A stretch of DNA of 57,790 nt, filler included, from Gonapodya sp. JEL0774 (lineage: Eukaryota): assembly GCA_027604505.1 (NCBI GenBank). It is 3 parts of 3 records of this genome, joined end to end, with 100 filler letters (N's around TTAATTAATTAA, not from the genome) between each part and the next. Parts side by side here need not be neighbours in the genome. Positions count along the whole stretch, not along the records: positions 1 to 19,347 come from JADIIX010000254.1; 2 more parts are not named here. One strand, written 5' to 3'. Shown here one piece after another: positions 1-11,064 of the stretch (position 1 is its first letter; each line of letters opens with the position of its first letter). A program made the position numbers and the translations under genes. Below the pieces are notes generated by a model. That model made no database searches and had not been told where the DNA came from. It saw nothing but the letters and a program-made list of their open reading frames with translations.

Positions 1-365
1 GTATTCCTTAGAACTGTCTATCCCCAATGTGTTGAACGTGACTCATGGGGAAACCCTAGACTAGATTTGCTAACATTCTGAATACACATTTCTCCCAATT
101 GTTCAAGATATTATGGTAATCTTACATCATTTCACAGGTTCATTTTGAATTTCATTTTATGGGTAGGTGAAGTAAATTACAGGGTGCGGGGTGTAAAGAA
201 CGCGACAACAAGAGCGCAGAAAAGAGTCCAACAAAATGTACAGACAAAAGCTAGCATGTGTTAGATTACTAGCAGATTTACTATGTTTGGGCAATTTGAA
301 ATAGGGACTTTGAGTAATTTTCAAAATAGTAATTGTGTAATTTTCCTATGGTTGCAAAAAGAACG

Positions 366-1176
366 ATGTCTGATACAGGACGGGCTCAATGCCTGGTTGA
401 ATCGGTTGTATCGTTTGAAGAAATATATGGTTCTAGAAGTACTCCACCTTCAGAGTTGAATAGACAAGCAAGACCGGAGTCTCGGTCTCGGTTCCAGTCT
501 GAGGAAATATATGGTTCTGTAACTACTCCACCTTCAGAGTAGAATGGACGAGTAAGACCAGAGTTTCGGTCTCAGTTCCAGTCTCAGGAAATACATGGTT
601 CTACAAGTACTCCACTTTCAGAGTTGAACAGACGAGTAAGACCCGAGTCTCAGTCTCGGTCTCGGCGTCGTTCATCTCTTTCAAGTAGTGCGTATCCAGT
701 CGTTCCATTTGAAGGTACGAGATATGACGAGGCTGCACCTGGACGTTGCTTCGAGTTGTTGGAGACTAATTACATGAACATCGAAGATTACCTCAGACAT
801 AATCAAGACAATATTATTCTGTATTACAGTCAGAAATGAAGAAAGAACTTATGCAAACTGCTGGACACAAAGTCAGCTTCTCGCACTTACAATTCCATCA
901 TATGAGAATTGGACCTATACTGATACCAAAGCACTACAATATGCCAATGGCAGAGTTAAGTTGACACAGAGAATTCCTGAGCGTTCAATGCCTGTTCTGA
1001 AAACAGCTAATGGCAACGCAGTTGTTTCAATAGAGGAACTCGAGCGAGCTGTGGACAGACAAGAAAGAAGGTTTTTGATCTCACAGAAAACTGAAATGTG
1101 ATCCAAGGTGATGTTGAGAAATAGGACCCAAACTGTTCCATACTTTGATATTGAACCAATAGAACAAAACCCATAA
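366..1176 (+). pseudogene. Broken intronless ORF with 28-aa N-terminal repeats; possibly a large-DNA-virus-like relic
   Basis: One reading ATG366...TAA1176 can be rebuilt across an in-frame TAG (540-542), a frameshift near 833 and a TGA near 1098 (...CFELLETNYMNIEDYLRHNQDNIILYY/..ERTYANCWTQSQLLAL...PYFDIEPIEQNP*). AT-rich, no introns. Confidence 0.5.
417..668 (+). repeat. 3 x 84-bp coding tandem repeat
   Basis: aaatatatgg at 421 and 505, aaatacatgg at 589 (period 84); units encode (E/Q)EI(Y/H)GSxxTPxSE...RPExRS. Confidence 0.9.
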
Positions 1177-1310
1177 GGCCCTATTGCAGAAAGTTATTGA
1201 AAGTGCATTCAGAATGTTTTTTCCGGAATGTGCGAGTCAGTAATCTTACAAGCGCTATTTTTTTTACCTTCATCACCTGCCATCTCTCCCCATATCAAAT
1301 CTCCCGGTTT

Positions 1311-2883
1311 CTATCTCTTCAACTGCGCAGCTTTCGCTCGCAACAATGTGCTCTTTGTCGACCTCACCTCAATTGATGGTGCAGATTTCCATAATTTCTT
1401 TCTCGGACTCCCACTCAGCCTTGGCACCACAACCATGACTGATTGCATGCTTGGCTCCTCAATTCTGTTTTCCCAAACTCGCTCCTCCCTTGCAAGCGGC
1501 TCGATTGGGATGCCAATTTCATGGTCGTCTGGTTCAACATTTTCCTGGGTTTCGTTGTCCTCTTCTTCATTTGGAATTCCCGCAACTCCAACATTCTTCG
1601 CAGCCATCCTGACGAATTTGTCCAATGCAAGAAGCATTCCAATGAGACTTGTCATTTTCTTGTCATTCATCTCGTTTTGACAAGAAGGAAGTTCAATCCG
1701 CCCGCACGAACGTGTCAGTGCAGTTGGTGATGCTGGAAGCGGTTCGCGTGTCATCTTCATATGCATTGTGGTGCCAACTATGGTGATTGACGCAGCGCAA
1801 ATCGACTTATCGTCATCATTTAATCGAGACTTGAGCGCACGTCGCATGTTTTGAACTGTCCTTGCCGCGTCGCACCTCCCTTTGAGTAGTCCTCCACAGC
1901 AGCTGGGTGCTCCCCGTGCTTGTATTCAAACCCTGGCACACACATGTGCTCAGTGTCTGGACCGATCAATGATGCCACCAAACTTGCATCCCGCTTCTCG
2001 TCTGGGCTGGCTTCGTCGGGCGTCTTGGTATTCCAGTACCAGCGGAGGCCTGGAAAGAGTTGGATCCAACCCTCTAAGAAGTTGCCAAAACATTTTTCCA
2101 GACTTCGTTCCATACTATTGAAGTGCTCACTGTCGTATTTGGGTAACTCGTACCATCTGAACACCAACATTATTCTCAAGTGGTACGAACAACACAAAAT
2201 CGAAGAAATACTTACAGACTCATTATCAGAACTTGCATCTTATGGTATCTGAGTGAATTCTCGCGAAACTTCTCTTCACTTTCGTTGACGAGCGCAGGTG
2301 TTATCGGTGTCTCCCAAACATGTCCGCTGTGTAGGCATGACAATGTGTGACTGATGATGGTTTCGACAGCAGATGGAACTTCTGTGTCCCACACAAGCGG
2401 CCCTAGAAGAATATCAAATAGGTTCGCCAGTTGAGTACGCATCCAAACAGGACCATCAGGGTCCGCATATAACTCGTTTTGGTCAAACCTGTCGAAAGTA
2501 TTAGAAACACATGGAGGTATACTTCACAGTCTGCATACTCACGGGTCATGTTTACTCTGATTTTCAAGTTTTTTCTGCTTTCCTTTTCCTTTCACATCGG
2601 GTGGTGCCAGAGACGGGTGCATTGACAACGTATGCATGACACGTGCAAGAAGTTCCGCTCGTTCCTCGACAGTCGCTGTTTTCATCAACCCCTTTACTTC
2701 TTTCTGGGTGACATCATTCACATATTCTTGAATGACAGTGGTTTCTGGACGGGGACTTGAGTTCTCTTTTGTCAAAGCCATGGTGAGATCCTTGGAAATT
2801 TCCACCGCATCGACAATCCCCTGTTCTTTGAAAAGCTCTATGACGCGTGTTCGAAGACCGCTGTCGTTTTCACTGGCGACCAT
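1311..2883 (-). pseudogene. Spliced uncharacterised gene with a possible PD-(D/E)xK nuclease-like core; one apparent frameshift near 1880
   Basis: ORFs 2539-2883, 2212-2442, 1820-2197 and 1311-1847 join through GTGAGT..CAG and GTAAGT..CAG introns. The core reads KRDASLV...GFEYK.../..CDAARTVQNMRRALK...ASITIVG. Confidence 0.4.
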
Positions 2884-3138
2884 GACGGGGAACGTGAATC
2901 AATAGCTCGTTCTCGGAGGATGTGCGATGTCGAAATAATTTGAGCGGTCCACATATACGCAACTCACTTCGTGGTTTCTTGCTTACTTTCGATTGAAGAT
3001 TCGGTCGCTGTCGCTGATTCCATTTGAATCGTTTGGGATACAGGTGGTGGTGGCTGTGGTACCCCCCCCCAAAAAGGTCTCAGCCCAGAGTGGTACCATT
3101 TGAGTTTTTCTTCGCATTCTGAGATACATATTATTGTA

Positions 3139-4470
3139 TTATTGACGTGGAGCTTTTGGTAAAATATTCCACAAATCTTCCGGAATTCTCTTGTCAAACA
3201 AAATACGTACTGATTTTGACTCAGCAAAACAATCTATACTCTTGTATTTGACTCCAGAAGTAACTGCAGTTCCTCTGAGATAGAGAATGATTGTCGGTAT
3301 ATGTTCGATCGGTGCCTTTGTGAGTTCAACACAAGAAATGCTGCACATAAAACGCCCATCAAGATCACGCTCCAAAGCGCGACAAACCAGTTCCTGAATG
3401 TCCTGCGCTTCCCACAACTCACACTGTCCAGGCCCCGGTGGCTTATAGTACAAGGTCATAAATGCATTCAAACCGCATTCATATTCGGTGTATTTAGGCA
3501 TCTTTATCCACTCCTTCCATATTCCAATCTTCCTGAATTCCTCCCAAACATCTTTGAAATTGCGACGAAGAATCGGCCCTTTGAGCAGATCTTTATGCGA
3601 CAGATCCCAAACCGACTTTCGGATGATTTCATCAGGAGGTATGTAGACGCTGATCTCATATTTTGTATGACGGATTCGAGTGGTCAAATGGTCGATGGGA
3701 ATGACTCGCCCGTCACTTTTCGTAACGCTGTGATGTTTCGTAAGCACGTTGTATCCAGGCAAATCCACCTTGCTATCCTTGCGATATATCTTGTAAAGAC
3801 GTCCATCAAGAATCGTTATAGTGATATCGATGGCTGGTCTTTGATGTTTCCACATCAAACGTTCGGCTACAACGCGCCACGATCTGCATACAGCAGCAAG
3901 ATGTGAAAATACGAAAGCGGCATGGAACTGTCTGAAGATGAGACAAAGAATTTCCGGAGGTAGGTGGGCAGTATGATTACGAAACGAGGATGGTTTGTCT
4001 TCCGTGGTGACAGTATTGGTATCGAGGAGCGGAACAGTTGTGTGAGTTGTTGTTGTTGAGGCAGCTGCAGTCAGTGAAGTTGTTCGCGAACTGCTGGGTG
4101 ATTTAGGCCCTCGAGCGTCTTTCCCAGCATCCTTTCTTAAAGACGAGGTCGGTGCAGAAAGAGGTGCAAACGAAGTTGGAAGGGCGGCTGCCCCTGTTCG
4201 GAATGGAGGCGTTTTCTTCTTCGCGTCCCTTGATCTTGTTATTCCTGGCTGTGCGGACTGTGTTTCTTCAGTGGAGCGAGCTGGAGCGGTTACAGTGGAT
4301 TTTGGCATCCTAGAGCGTGACGGACCATCGGCTGGGCGTCTTATATTTGCTTTCACGCCTTGAGAGTCCCGAGGAGATGGGACATTCATGTTGGATCGTG
4401 AGAGTGGTTTAGGTCGTTGTAGTTGCTGACTCCTTTCCTGCGGGGACGGGTTTGGAAACGTACCAAACAC
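3139..4470 (-). CDS. F-box protein with low-complexity N-terminus and uncharacterised C-terminal domain
   Basis: 443-aa ORF containing F-box consensus HLPPEILCLIFRQF...LAAVCRSWRVVAERLMW; the real start may be the ATG near 4390. Confidence 0.8.
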   Translation of the reverse strand: MFGTFPNPSPQERSQQLQRPKPLSRSNMNVPSPRDSQGVKANIRRPADGPSRSRMPKSTVTAPARSTEETQSAQPGITRSRDAKKKTPPFRTGAAALPTSFAPLSAPTSSLRKDAGKDARGPKSPSSSRTTSLTAAASTTTTHTTVPLLDTNTVTTEDKPSSFRNHTAHLPPEILCLIFRQFHAAFVFSHLAAVCRSWRVVAERLMWKHQRPAIDITITILDGRLYKIYRKDSKVDLPGYNVLTKHHSVTKSDGRVIPIDHLTTRIRHTKYEISVYIPPDEIIRKSVWDLSHKDLLKGPILRRNFKDVWEEFRKIGIWKEWIKMPKYTEYECGLNAFMTLYYKPPGPGQCELWEAQDIQELVCRALERDLDGRFMCSISCVELTKAPIEHIPTIILYLRGTAVTSGVKYKSIDCFAESKSVRILFDKRIPEDLWNILPKAPRQ

Positions 4471-5038
4471 GTATCATATATTAGAAAGCGAGGAAATAAA
4501 ACCCCAGTTTCAGTGAAAACGTACCGGGTGAGGCATGTTGTCGGAGAGTGGATTTCGGGACTTTCGTACGTTCCCCCATGGATGGATCGACCGATCCACA
4601 GCAGTTTTCACTGTAGAAAAGTGAGGAGAAGTGTCTGGTGGGCGTTTTGGTGGGTGTTTCGGGACCGGTTGACTGAGGATTGTGCGGTTTGGGTGGCGGG
4701 GGCCGTCGCTAATTTGGCGGCAGAGCAGGAAGTGAGTTGCTCCGCAGGAGCAGATAGAAGTAATGGAGGACGGAGAACGGGGCGGACTCTGTCGATTGCC
4801 ATCGAGTGTGTTACGGGTAAGAAGATGGTTGGGCTAGTGTGACGAAATTAGGCCGGGACGTTGGTGACCGTCGGAGAGGCTGGTACCAGTCACATATAGT
4901 AAACTTCCAACCCCAATCACACAAAATCCAGACACATAACGGCTTAATTCCAAGCGTATCCCATCAAATCGTATCACAGCAACAACTTCCTCCCTTACAT
5001 TGGGGACCGTTCATCAACGCGGAGGCCGATAATGACTC

Positions 5039-7515
5039 ATGGCACTTTCGGGAGGGTCTTTCACTCGATATCCACCCATCCCGATACCCGTGGATGTCGA
5101 GGAACTATGTAGGATACTTGTACGCAAGGTGGGGGAGGCATTCAACTTCTGGGAGTTGAAGAAAGAACAAAAGAGGGCCATATGGGCTGTCGTGAAGGAG
5201 CGAAAAGACCTAGCCGCATGGCTGCCAACAGGTTACGGGAAGACACTCATCATGTGGCTCATTGCATTGGTGCTTGGTGGCACAGTACTCATAATCAGCC
5301 CGCTACAGGGTTTGATGCGAGAGCAGGTATGTCACGTCTGCATTCCATCCTGTCACGTCTCAGACACATCCGTTCCGCAGGTTGAGAAAGCAAATGCGGC
5401 TCAGCTGGATGCTGTCTCGCTTGCGGACGACCAGGAGAATCGGAAGGAGCTGATTGATAGGGCTGCGAACGGGAGGTGTCGTAACGGTGAGGGACACTCT
5501 GTTCTATCATTGTCCGATTGAATAACGATAATATACATCCCTTTGCAACCGTTAACAGTGTACTTGTCCCCGGAGACTGCGCTTGGTGCGTACAGGAGGT
5601 CAGCAACTAAGGTCGGCGGGAACAAACCTGTGAGCGCTGTGTTCCTGGATGAAGCCCAATGCATCACCGAATGGTGGGTTTGTTATAAGCATGTCATTGG
5701 CATGTCCATCGTTTTGAGCTTGGTTATATCGTGGTTCTAGGCAGACCGATTTCAGAAAGGACTATGGGCGAATGACAGAGTTCCGCTTTTGGATCGCGAG
5801 TGGCGGCGAGCTCAACGCCGTGAAGTTCGGGGCTTTCTCGGGTACAGCACCGGAAAAGGTCAGAAAGGACGTTGCCGGAGCGTTGTCATGGAACATGGAC
5901 GGCGTGGAGGTGGTCGAAGCAAGTCCAAACAAGCCGAACCTCACCTACAAGGTTCTTGAGCGAAATGAAGTTGTTGCAAAAGGGAAGAATCGGGCGGCAC
6001 TGACACTTGAGCAAGTTGCACAATCGCTGGAAACGGCAGTCGCAACAAAGTCTGGGCACGCATCTATCGTGTTTGTTCAGAACTACAATCAGTGCGGGAG
6101 CACATACAAGAAGCTCCTCAAGATGGTTCGAAAGGAAAATCACAAGTACATCCGGATGTTTCATGGTTCCATGAGCAAGGAGAAGAAGGAAGAGATCAAC
6201 AAACAGTGGATGGACGACACGAAACCAGCACTGTTTGTGATGACGAGTGCCGGAGGAATGGTACACATCTTTCATTTTGTTGATATTGATAAGTCTACTG
6301 ATACCCACTAACCGTGCGGTCCCTTTAATCAGAGATATGACCGTCGGAACGTCACTTTGACCGTTCTTCTCTACCCACCAAAATCCGCATGCTTATTGAT
6401 TCAAGAGATTGGGCGGTGTGTGAGGGACCTTGCTCTCAACGGTGTGGTGATCATCCTCTATTCTGCGGCAGATTTCAATCACGATGGGCATTTACCAGGT
6501 GTACGTGAGGTCAAAGAGTTCTGCATGTCTACAGGATGCTTGCGGAAGTGGTTGGCAGGATTTCTCTGCTTTGTGGATCCCATTGCCCCACGTGAAGGAG
6601 TCTGCTGCTGCAACTGTTGCTCCCCCGATCCACCTATTGTTGTGCTCCAGTCTCGTACTACATCTGCCGACACAAACCCCTCTCACACCCGGTCGGGGCA
6701 AACTGCTGCGTTTGCAACACGTCGGATTGAGGAATCTCTCGCCAAGCTCCGAAAGGAACTGATTGGAGAGATGGAGCCATGGGAGCTATTGGGGTTGGGT
6801 ACCGCAGGTGTGCTACACGCTTGTTCTCCACAAGGAAGGGAATTGATTCTAGATGCAGAATCACTTATCCGGCAGATTGGATATGAATGGGTATCACACA
6901 AGGATCGTATTGCGACATGCATCAGCGGAGTTTTTCACGCACCACTGCTAAATACTCCTGACATTCTCACCGCAGTCCCTTTAGCCTCTACTAGGACATT
7001 TCCCGCTACTTGGCCGTCTGCAGCCACTCCAATTACACGGCGCGTTGCACGTCCTCCCGTGTTCTTAACTCCTGCTGGCATTGCCTACGCACATAATCAC
7101 CTTAGAGGTCCGTCAATGACCAAAACTCCTCGGATAGGAGCAAGTCCACCAGTAAGAGTACAGTATTCTGCTTGCTCAGTGTTTATTATGAACAACAATT
7201 CTTTGGAAGGTACGCAATCCAAACCAAATTCCAGTTGTTCTGACTGCACTGGATGGATCAAGTACAGTGGACGGAGATTTTGACAGGAGCTTTGAAATCA
7301 TCGCACCAGGAAGAACAATTAATGAGGATCCAGGGATTGAGGCTATTCTGCACGCCATTCCCCGTGGAGCAACACCGCAAATTGTTAGGAGGAAAAGGGC
7401 CACAGCTGACATCAGTACATCATTTGCCTCACGTGGGGATATTTCAGCCGATACTCCACGCGCACTGTCATATCACAGCACAAAGAAAGGCTCTTCATCC
7501 GGGGGCAACATATAG
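5039..7515 (+). CDS. RecQ-like superfamily 2 helicase (AcademH-associated), multi-exon
   Basis: Motif I LPTGYGKT, Ia ISPLQGLMREQ, II DEAQCITEW-QTDFRKDY, III SGT, IV FHGSM, V TSAGGMGYD, VI QEIGRCVRD, and Zn-binding CLRKWL...CCCNCC. Introns at about 5327-5380, 5674-5740 and 6261-6332; 3' end uncertain (7283 or 7515). Confidence 0.88.
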
Positions 7516-7573
7516 GTGTAAGTAAGGGAATCATTAGGAAAAACAATATGTCATGCCATATGATTGTTGTATT

Positions 7574-10557
7574 TCACTCCCTCTCTAATTCATTCAAAAT
7601 TTCGTCAAAATTGTCTTCACCATCCTCAACTTCACCATACTGTTCATTTGGTGACTCTTCATCTTCTCGGCGGTTGGGTGCTTCCACATCCTCCACCCCC
7701 TCAGCCAGAATTGGGTTAATCGTAGACTGGAACTTCTCAGACCCTCGTGTTGGGAGGTCAGGGTACAAACTCGAGAATTCCGCCCTGCTGTTCAACAGCC
7801 TACCACCGTCACGCTTCAAGAAAACATCCTGACTGTTTAGATCACGGAGAAGGACCCCCACATCTGAGTCCACCTGATTGGATTGCTGCCTCCGTCGTTT
7901 CTCACTTGTTTGGCAGATTCCCATTCCCTCTTCCAGCTTCGTTCCACGTTCGTCCATATAGAGGGAAGAGACAACCAAGTTTTGGAAGTTCTTGGAGCGT
8001 AAGCTCATACCAGCGCGGATCAGTGCCTTAATCAATTGGTTGAAGTGTTCCTGCATGAGGTCATCTGGCTTAAATCCACCTTGCCATCCAGACATGTTTA
8101 CACTCAGGTTACGTAACCAAGCCTCTGCCAAAGTGGGCGGTAGTTCACACAAGTACATTACAATGACATTGATGGTAAGACAAGTGTATCTGGATCGACC
8201 ACCACCAATAAAGACTGGTAGCCAGATCAGCCATAGATTTAATACTCTCCGGTTTTGACCATTACGCACTGATTGTCTCATCTTTGTAGGAACAACGATG
8301 CTAGATCAGATAAGCTCTTTCACATTGGTCCAGTTTGAATTACGCACAAGCATCCAGAGCATGAGTATCCGGCACATTCGTAAAGCAAGTTCCCACACGT
8401 AATCTCTGTTCCCTTTGTTCCAAAGACTGGCTTCATTGGCTTGTGATGAACTTCCAGTTTTGGCTCCTCCACTAATTGTTCTGGCACCACTGGAGGTCTT
8501 CTTTTTACCCTCCCTCTTTTCAGCCATCTGCTTTTCCCCCCCTCTCCTTTTCCGTTCTGCGGTTCCCTCCTTTTTATCAGTCGTGGGAGATGTTGACTGG
8601 GGTGCATAGGAATCTTTCCTGTGCATTTTGTTAACAATTTTATTGGCGAGAAGTTTCATGCTTGAAATGTCGTGAATTCCCAAGTCGTCCTTTGAACTGC
8701 TCAGATTCGACTTGCGAGAGAAATGACTAGGGCCCAGCCTGTCACTTCAAGCAATCGGGAGCAAGCTGCAAAATCTGCTCCATCTGCACTGACTCTGTGG
8801 TATCTGCTTCCCAATCACGCCTTTGTGTTGGCCAGATTGAAGTAATATGTAGAAGTATTGGCAAACGCTGTAGCACCCCAGAACATTCTGAATGAAGTTC
8901 GAATCATCATATGCATCAGATGAAAAATTCCAGGTACGGGCTTGAAGTGTTTGAATGTGCCGGCAAGAGTTGGCTCGTCTGACCAGATTGATTTTACTCC
9001 AGCATGGCGAGAATATGTTAGCTCATCCCCGACACTAAGGCGAGGGGCTATCTTTTCATCTGTTGGAGGAATACCCAGCGATTCATTTAATGCAGATAGT
9101 ACCTGTTTTATTATAGACGTTGTCAAGCAATCTCGCCTTTCCATGATTTCCCATTTTGACCTCACCTGACAAAATCCACTGATTGTGGACTGATAATATT
9201 CATCCACCCACAAAGGCCACACGGTGCTCTTGACAACGTCTCCATAGGGAAACACTTCCTTCAGAATTTCATTGAGGAGATCGTTCAAGTGCTCAAAGCC
9301 GCGAGCAACAACACGCTGAACTATAGATATCATGCCACCATATATTTCCTTCATCTGATCAGGATTCAATAACAGGTCACTTGGTTTCATTTCCAAACGA
9401 AGTTTTCTCGGCTCGATCTCGTCAGCAATTCTGGCTGCCTCTTCCACCAAGACATAGTCGATACTTGCAGCTTAGGCACCAGTCCAATTCAAGACAGCAC
9501 CTTGTGTGGTTGATATGTTGATGTTATCATGTGTGACAGGAATGAGGTGGCCTTCTTTTTGGGCCTTTTCTTTGAAGCAAGCCAAAATACTTGTTCGCAT
9601 GTGCTCCATATTGCGAGTTGCTGTTATCAGAGATACTGTGACACCAAGATGATTCAGGAGAGTGAACACCTGCAATGTACGTGTATACTGCTATTACTGA
9701 ACTGGGTAAGTAGTGAGGATTCAAGCCTACATCCTGTGCTACATAGTAGCTCACAATTGTCTGGTAAAAGTCCACACGATTGTCCCGAAGGATAGCTACA
9801 ACAGACAGCAGCAAGAACTTCTGAAATTGCTTTACCATGTTATCTGGGTTGCTGTCTTTGTGGCAGATTTTGTCAAACAATATCCAGATCAACAGAGCAG
9901 ACTGCCTGGCACGCTGGGCTAGTTGGCCAATGTCTAGCAAGTCGATAACATTGGCATCCCATGCTTGGTCCCTAAATATTGACGCCCTGCCAAATACTCC
10001 TGACTCTAACTGTGTGTTGATCGCTTCCTTGATCAGCTCTATGATTACAGAGGACTCAGCTGATGCAGTCTGTCCATGGGCAAGGTCACGTCGATGGTGC
10101 ATTAACTTAGAATTTTCATTGCTGCTTTTGTCAGCAGTGGAATTGCTCAGTGCTCACCACAGTTTCATTTTTGAATCGCTGAAGCGGTAGAAGTGATTGA
10201 AGAATTTCATTTGCAGTCAGTGGATTCCCTTGTGAATCGCACAAAAAGACAGCTAAATTCTGGTGAGCATGTCCTCGGAGTGCATCGGCAACCTGAGAAG
10301 TCAATTTGGGGGCAGAAAATGATCCAGAGACTTTACGAGTGGACCATTCAGCCACTCAACTGCTCAGACAAGCTTCCAAATATGACAACTGCAAGTTCTC
10401 CAATTGTCAAACCACTTTGCTCCCCTACCTCCGTGACAGTGTGCGCAGGCAGCTCCGGGTGGGTTTGTTCACCACGTGCCACTCTTGAGTTGCCAATCAC
10501 GACGATGGAACCTGGGCTACACCGCACTGGGCTCTGTCTCCACTGCTGGTGGGCCAT
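7574..10557 (-). pseudogene. Academ/DUF6589-type DDE transposase, disrupted
   Basis: Ordered motifs LLNHLGVTVS, HDNINI, VGDELT, PGIFHLMH, GRSRY...NLSVNMSG...FKPDDLMQEHFN. In-frame stops at 9472-9474 and 8815-8817; 5' part frameshifted. Confidence 0.8.
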
Positions 10558-11064
10558 TTGATGGATTAGGACATCGCAATTGGGGGGAGGAGTAGGGTCT
10601 CAGTCAACCTGTCAGCGACAACTATGCAGGACTCACTCAGTTCCCAACCATCTCCACAAGCCAACAACATCAAATCCTCAATCACTTGAACCGTACACAC
10701 ACTCAATCTAACCGATAATCATCTCTGAAAGAGACCTTGATCATATGAGACCTCTCCCTCTAACGCGAAGATGGCAAGCTCACTCAAGGCACTGAGATTC
10801 ACCTTCGCACCAGCCCTTCCCAGGGCTCAACTCGAAGATCCAGATATGAAGAAGACCTTGTGCCCCTTCGAATTCTTATTTTGCCCCGCGCTCGCGAGAA
10901 TTTGGGATTCTCGGGATTTTTGTGGCACAGCAGGTGACTGGTACCAGACGCTTCACGGAGCTGTGTGCCCGAGCCAGCTACTGTGGACGCGTCTGGCACA
11001 ACCCAGACTAGACAAAATCTGTGGTCGGGGTTTCGCGTGCCCAGACCAACACCCGAAGTGTTCC

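Larger units (their letters stand above)
4880..10947. mobile_element. AcademH-type DNA transposon (helicase plus transposase), probably inactive
   Basis: RecQ-like helicase (+) convergent with a DUF6589/Academ-type transposase (-), the two-gene layout described for fungal AcademH. Bounds are tentative and rest on a 14-bp inverted repeat. Confidence 0.72.

Noticed and set aside
417..668. 84-bp repeats as a CRISPR-like array
   Set aside because: There are no unique spacers, the period is a multiple of 3 and coding, the context is eukaryotic, and there are no cas genes.
4823..10653. 11-bp inverted match AGATGGTTGGG / CCCAACCATCT as part of a TIR
   Set aside because: Its order is inconsistent with the 14-bp inverted repeat and it does not extend; probably chance.
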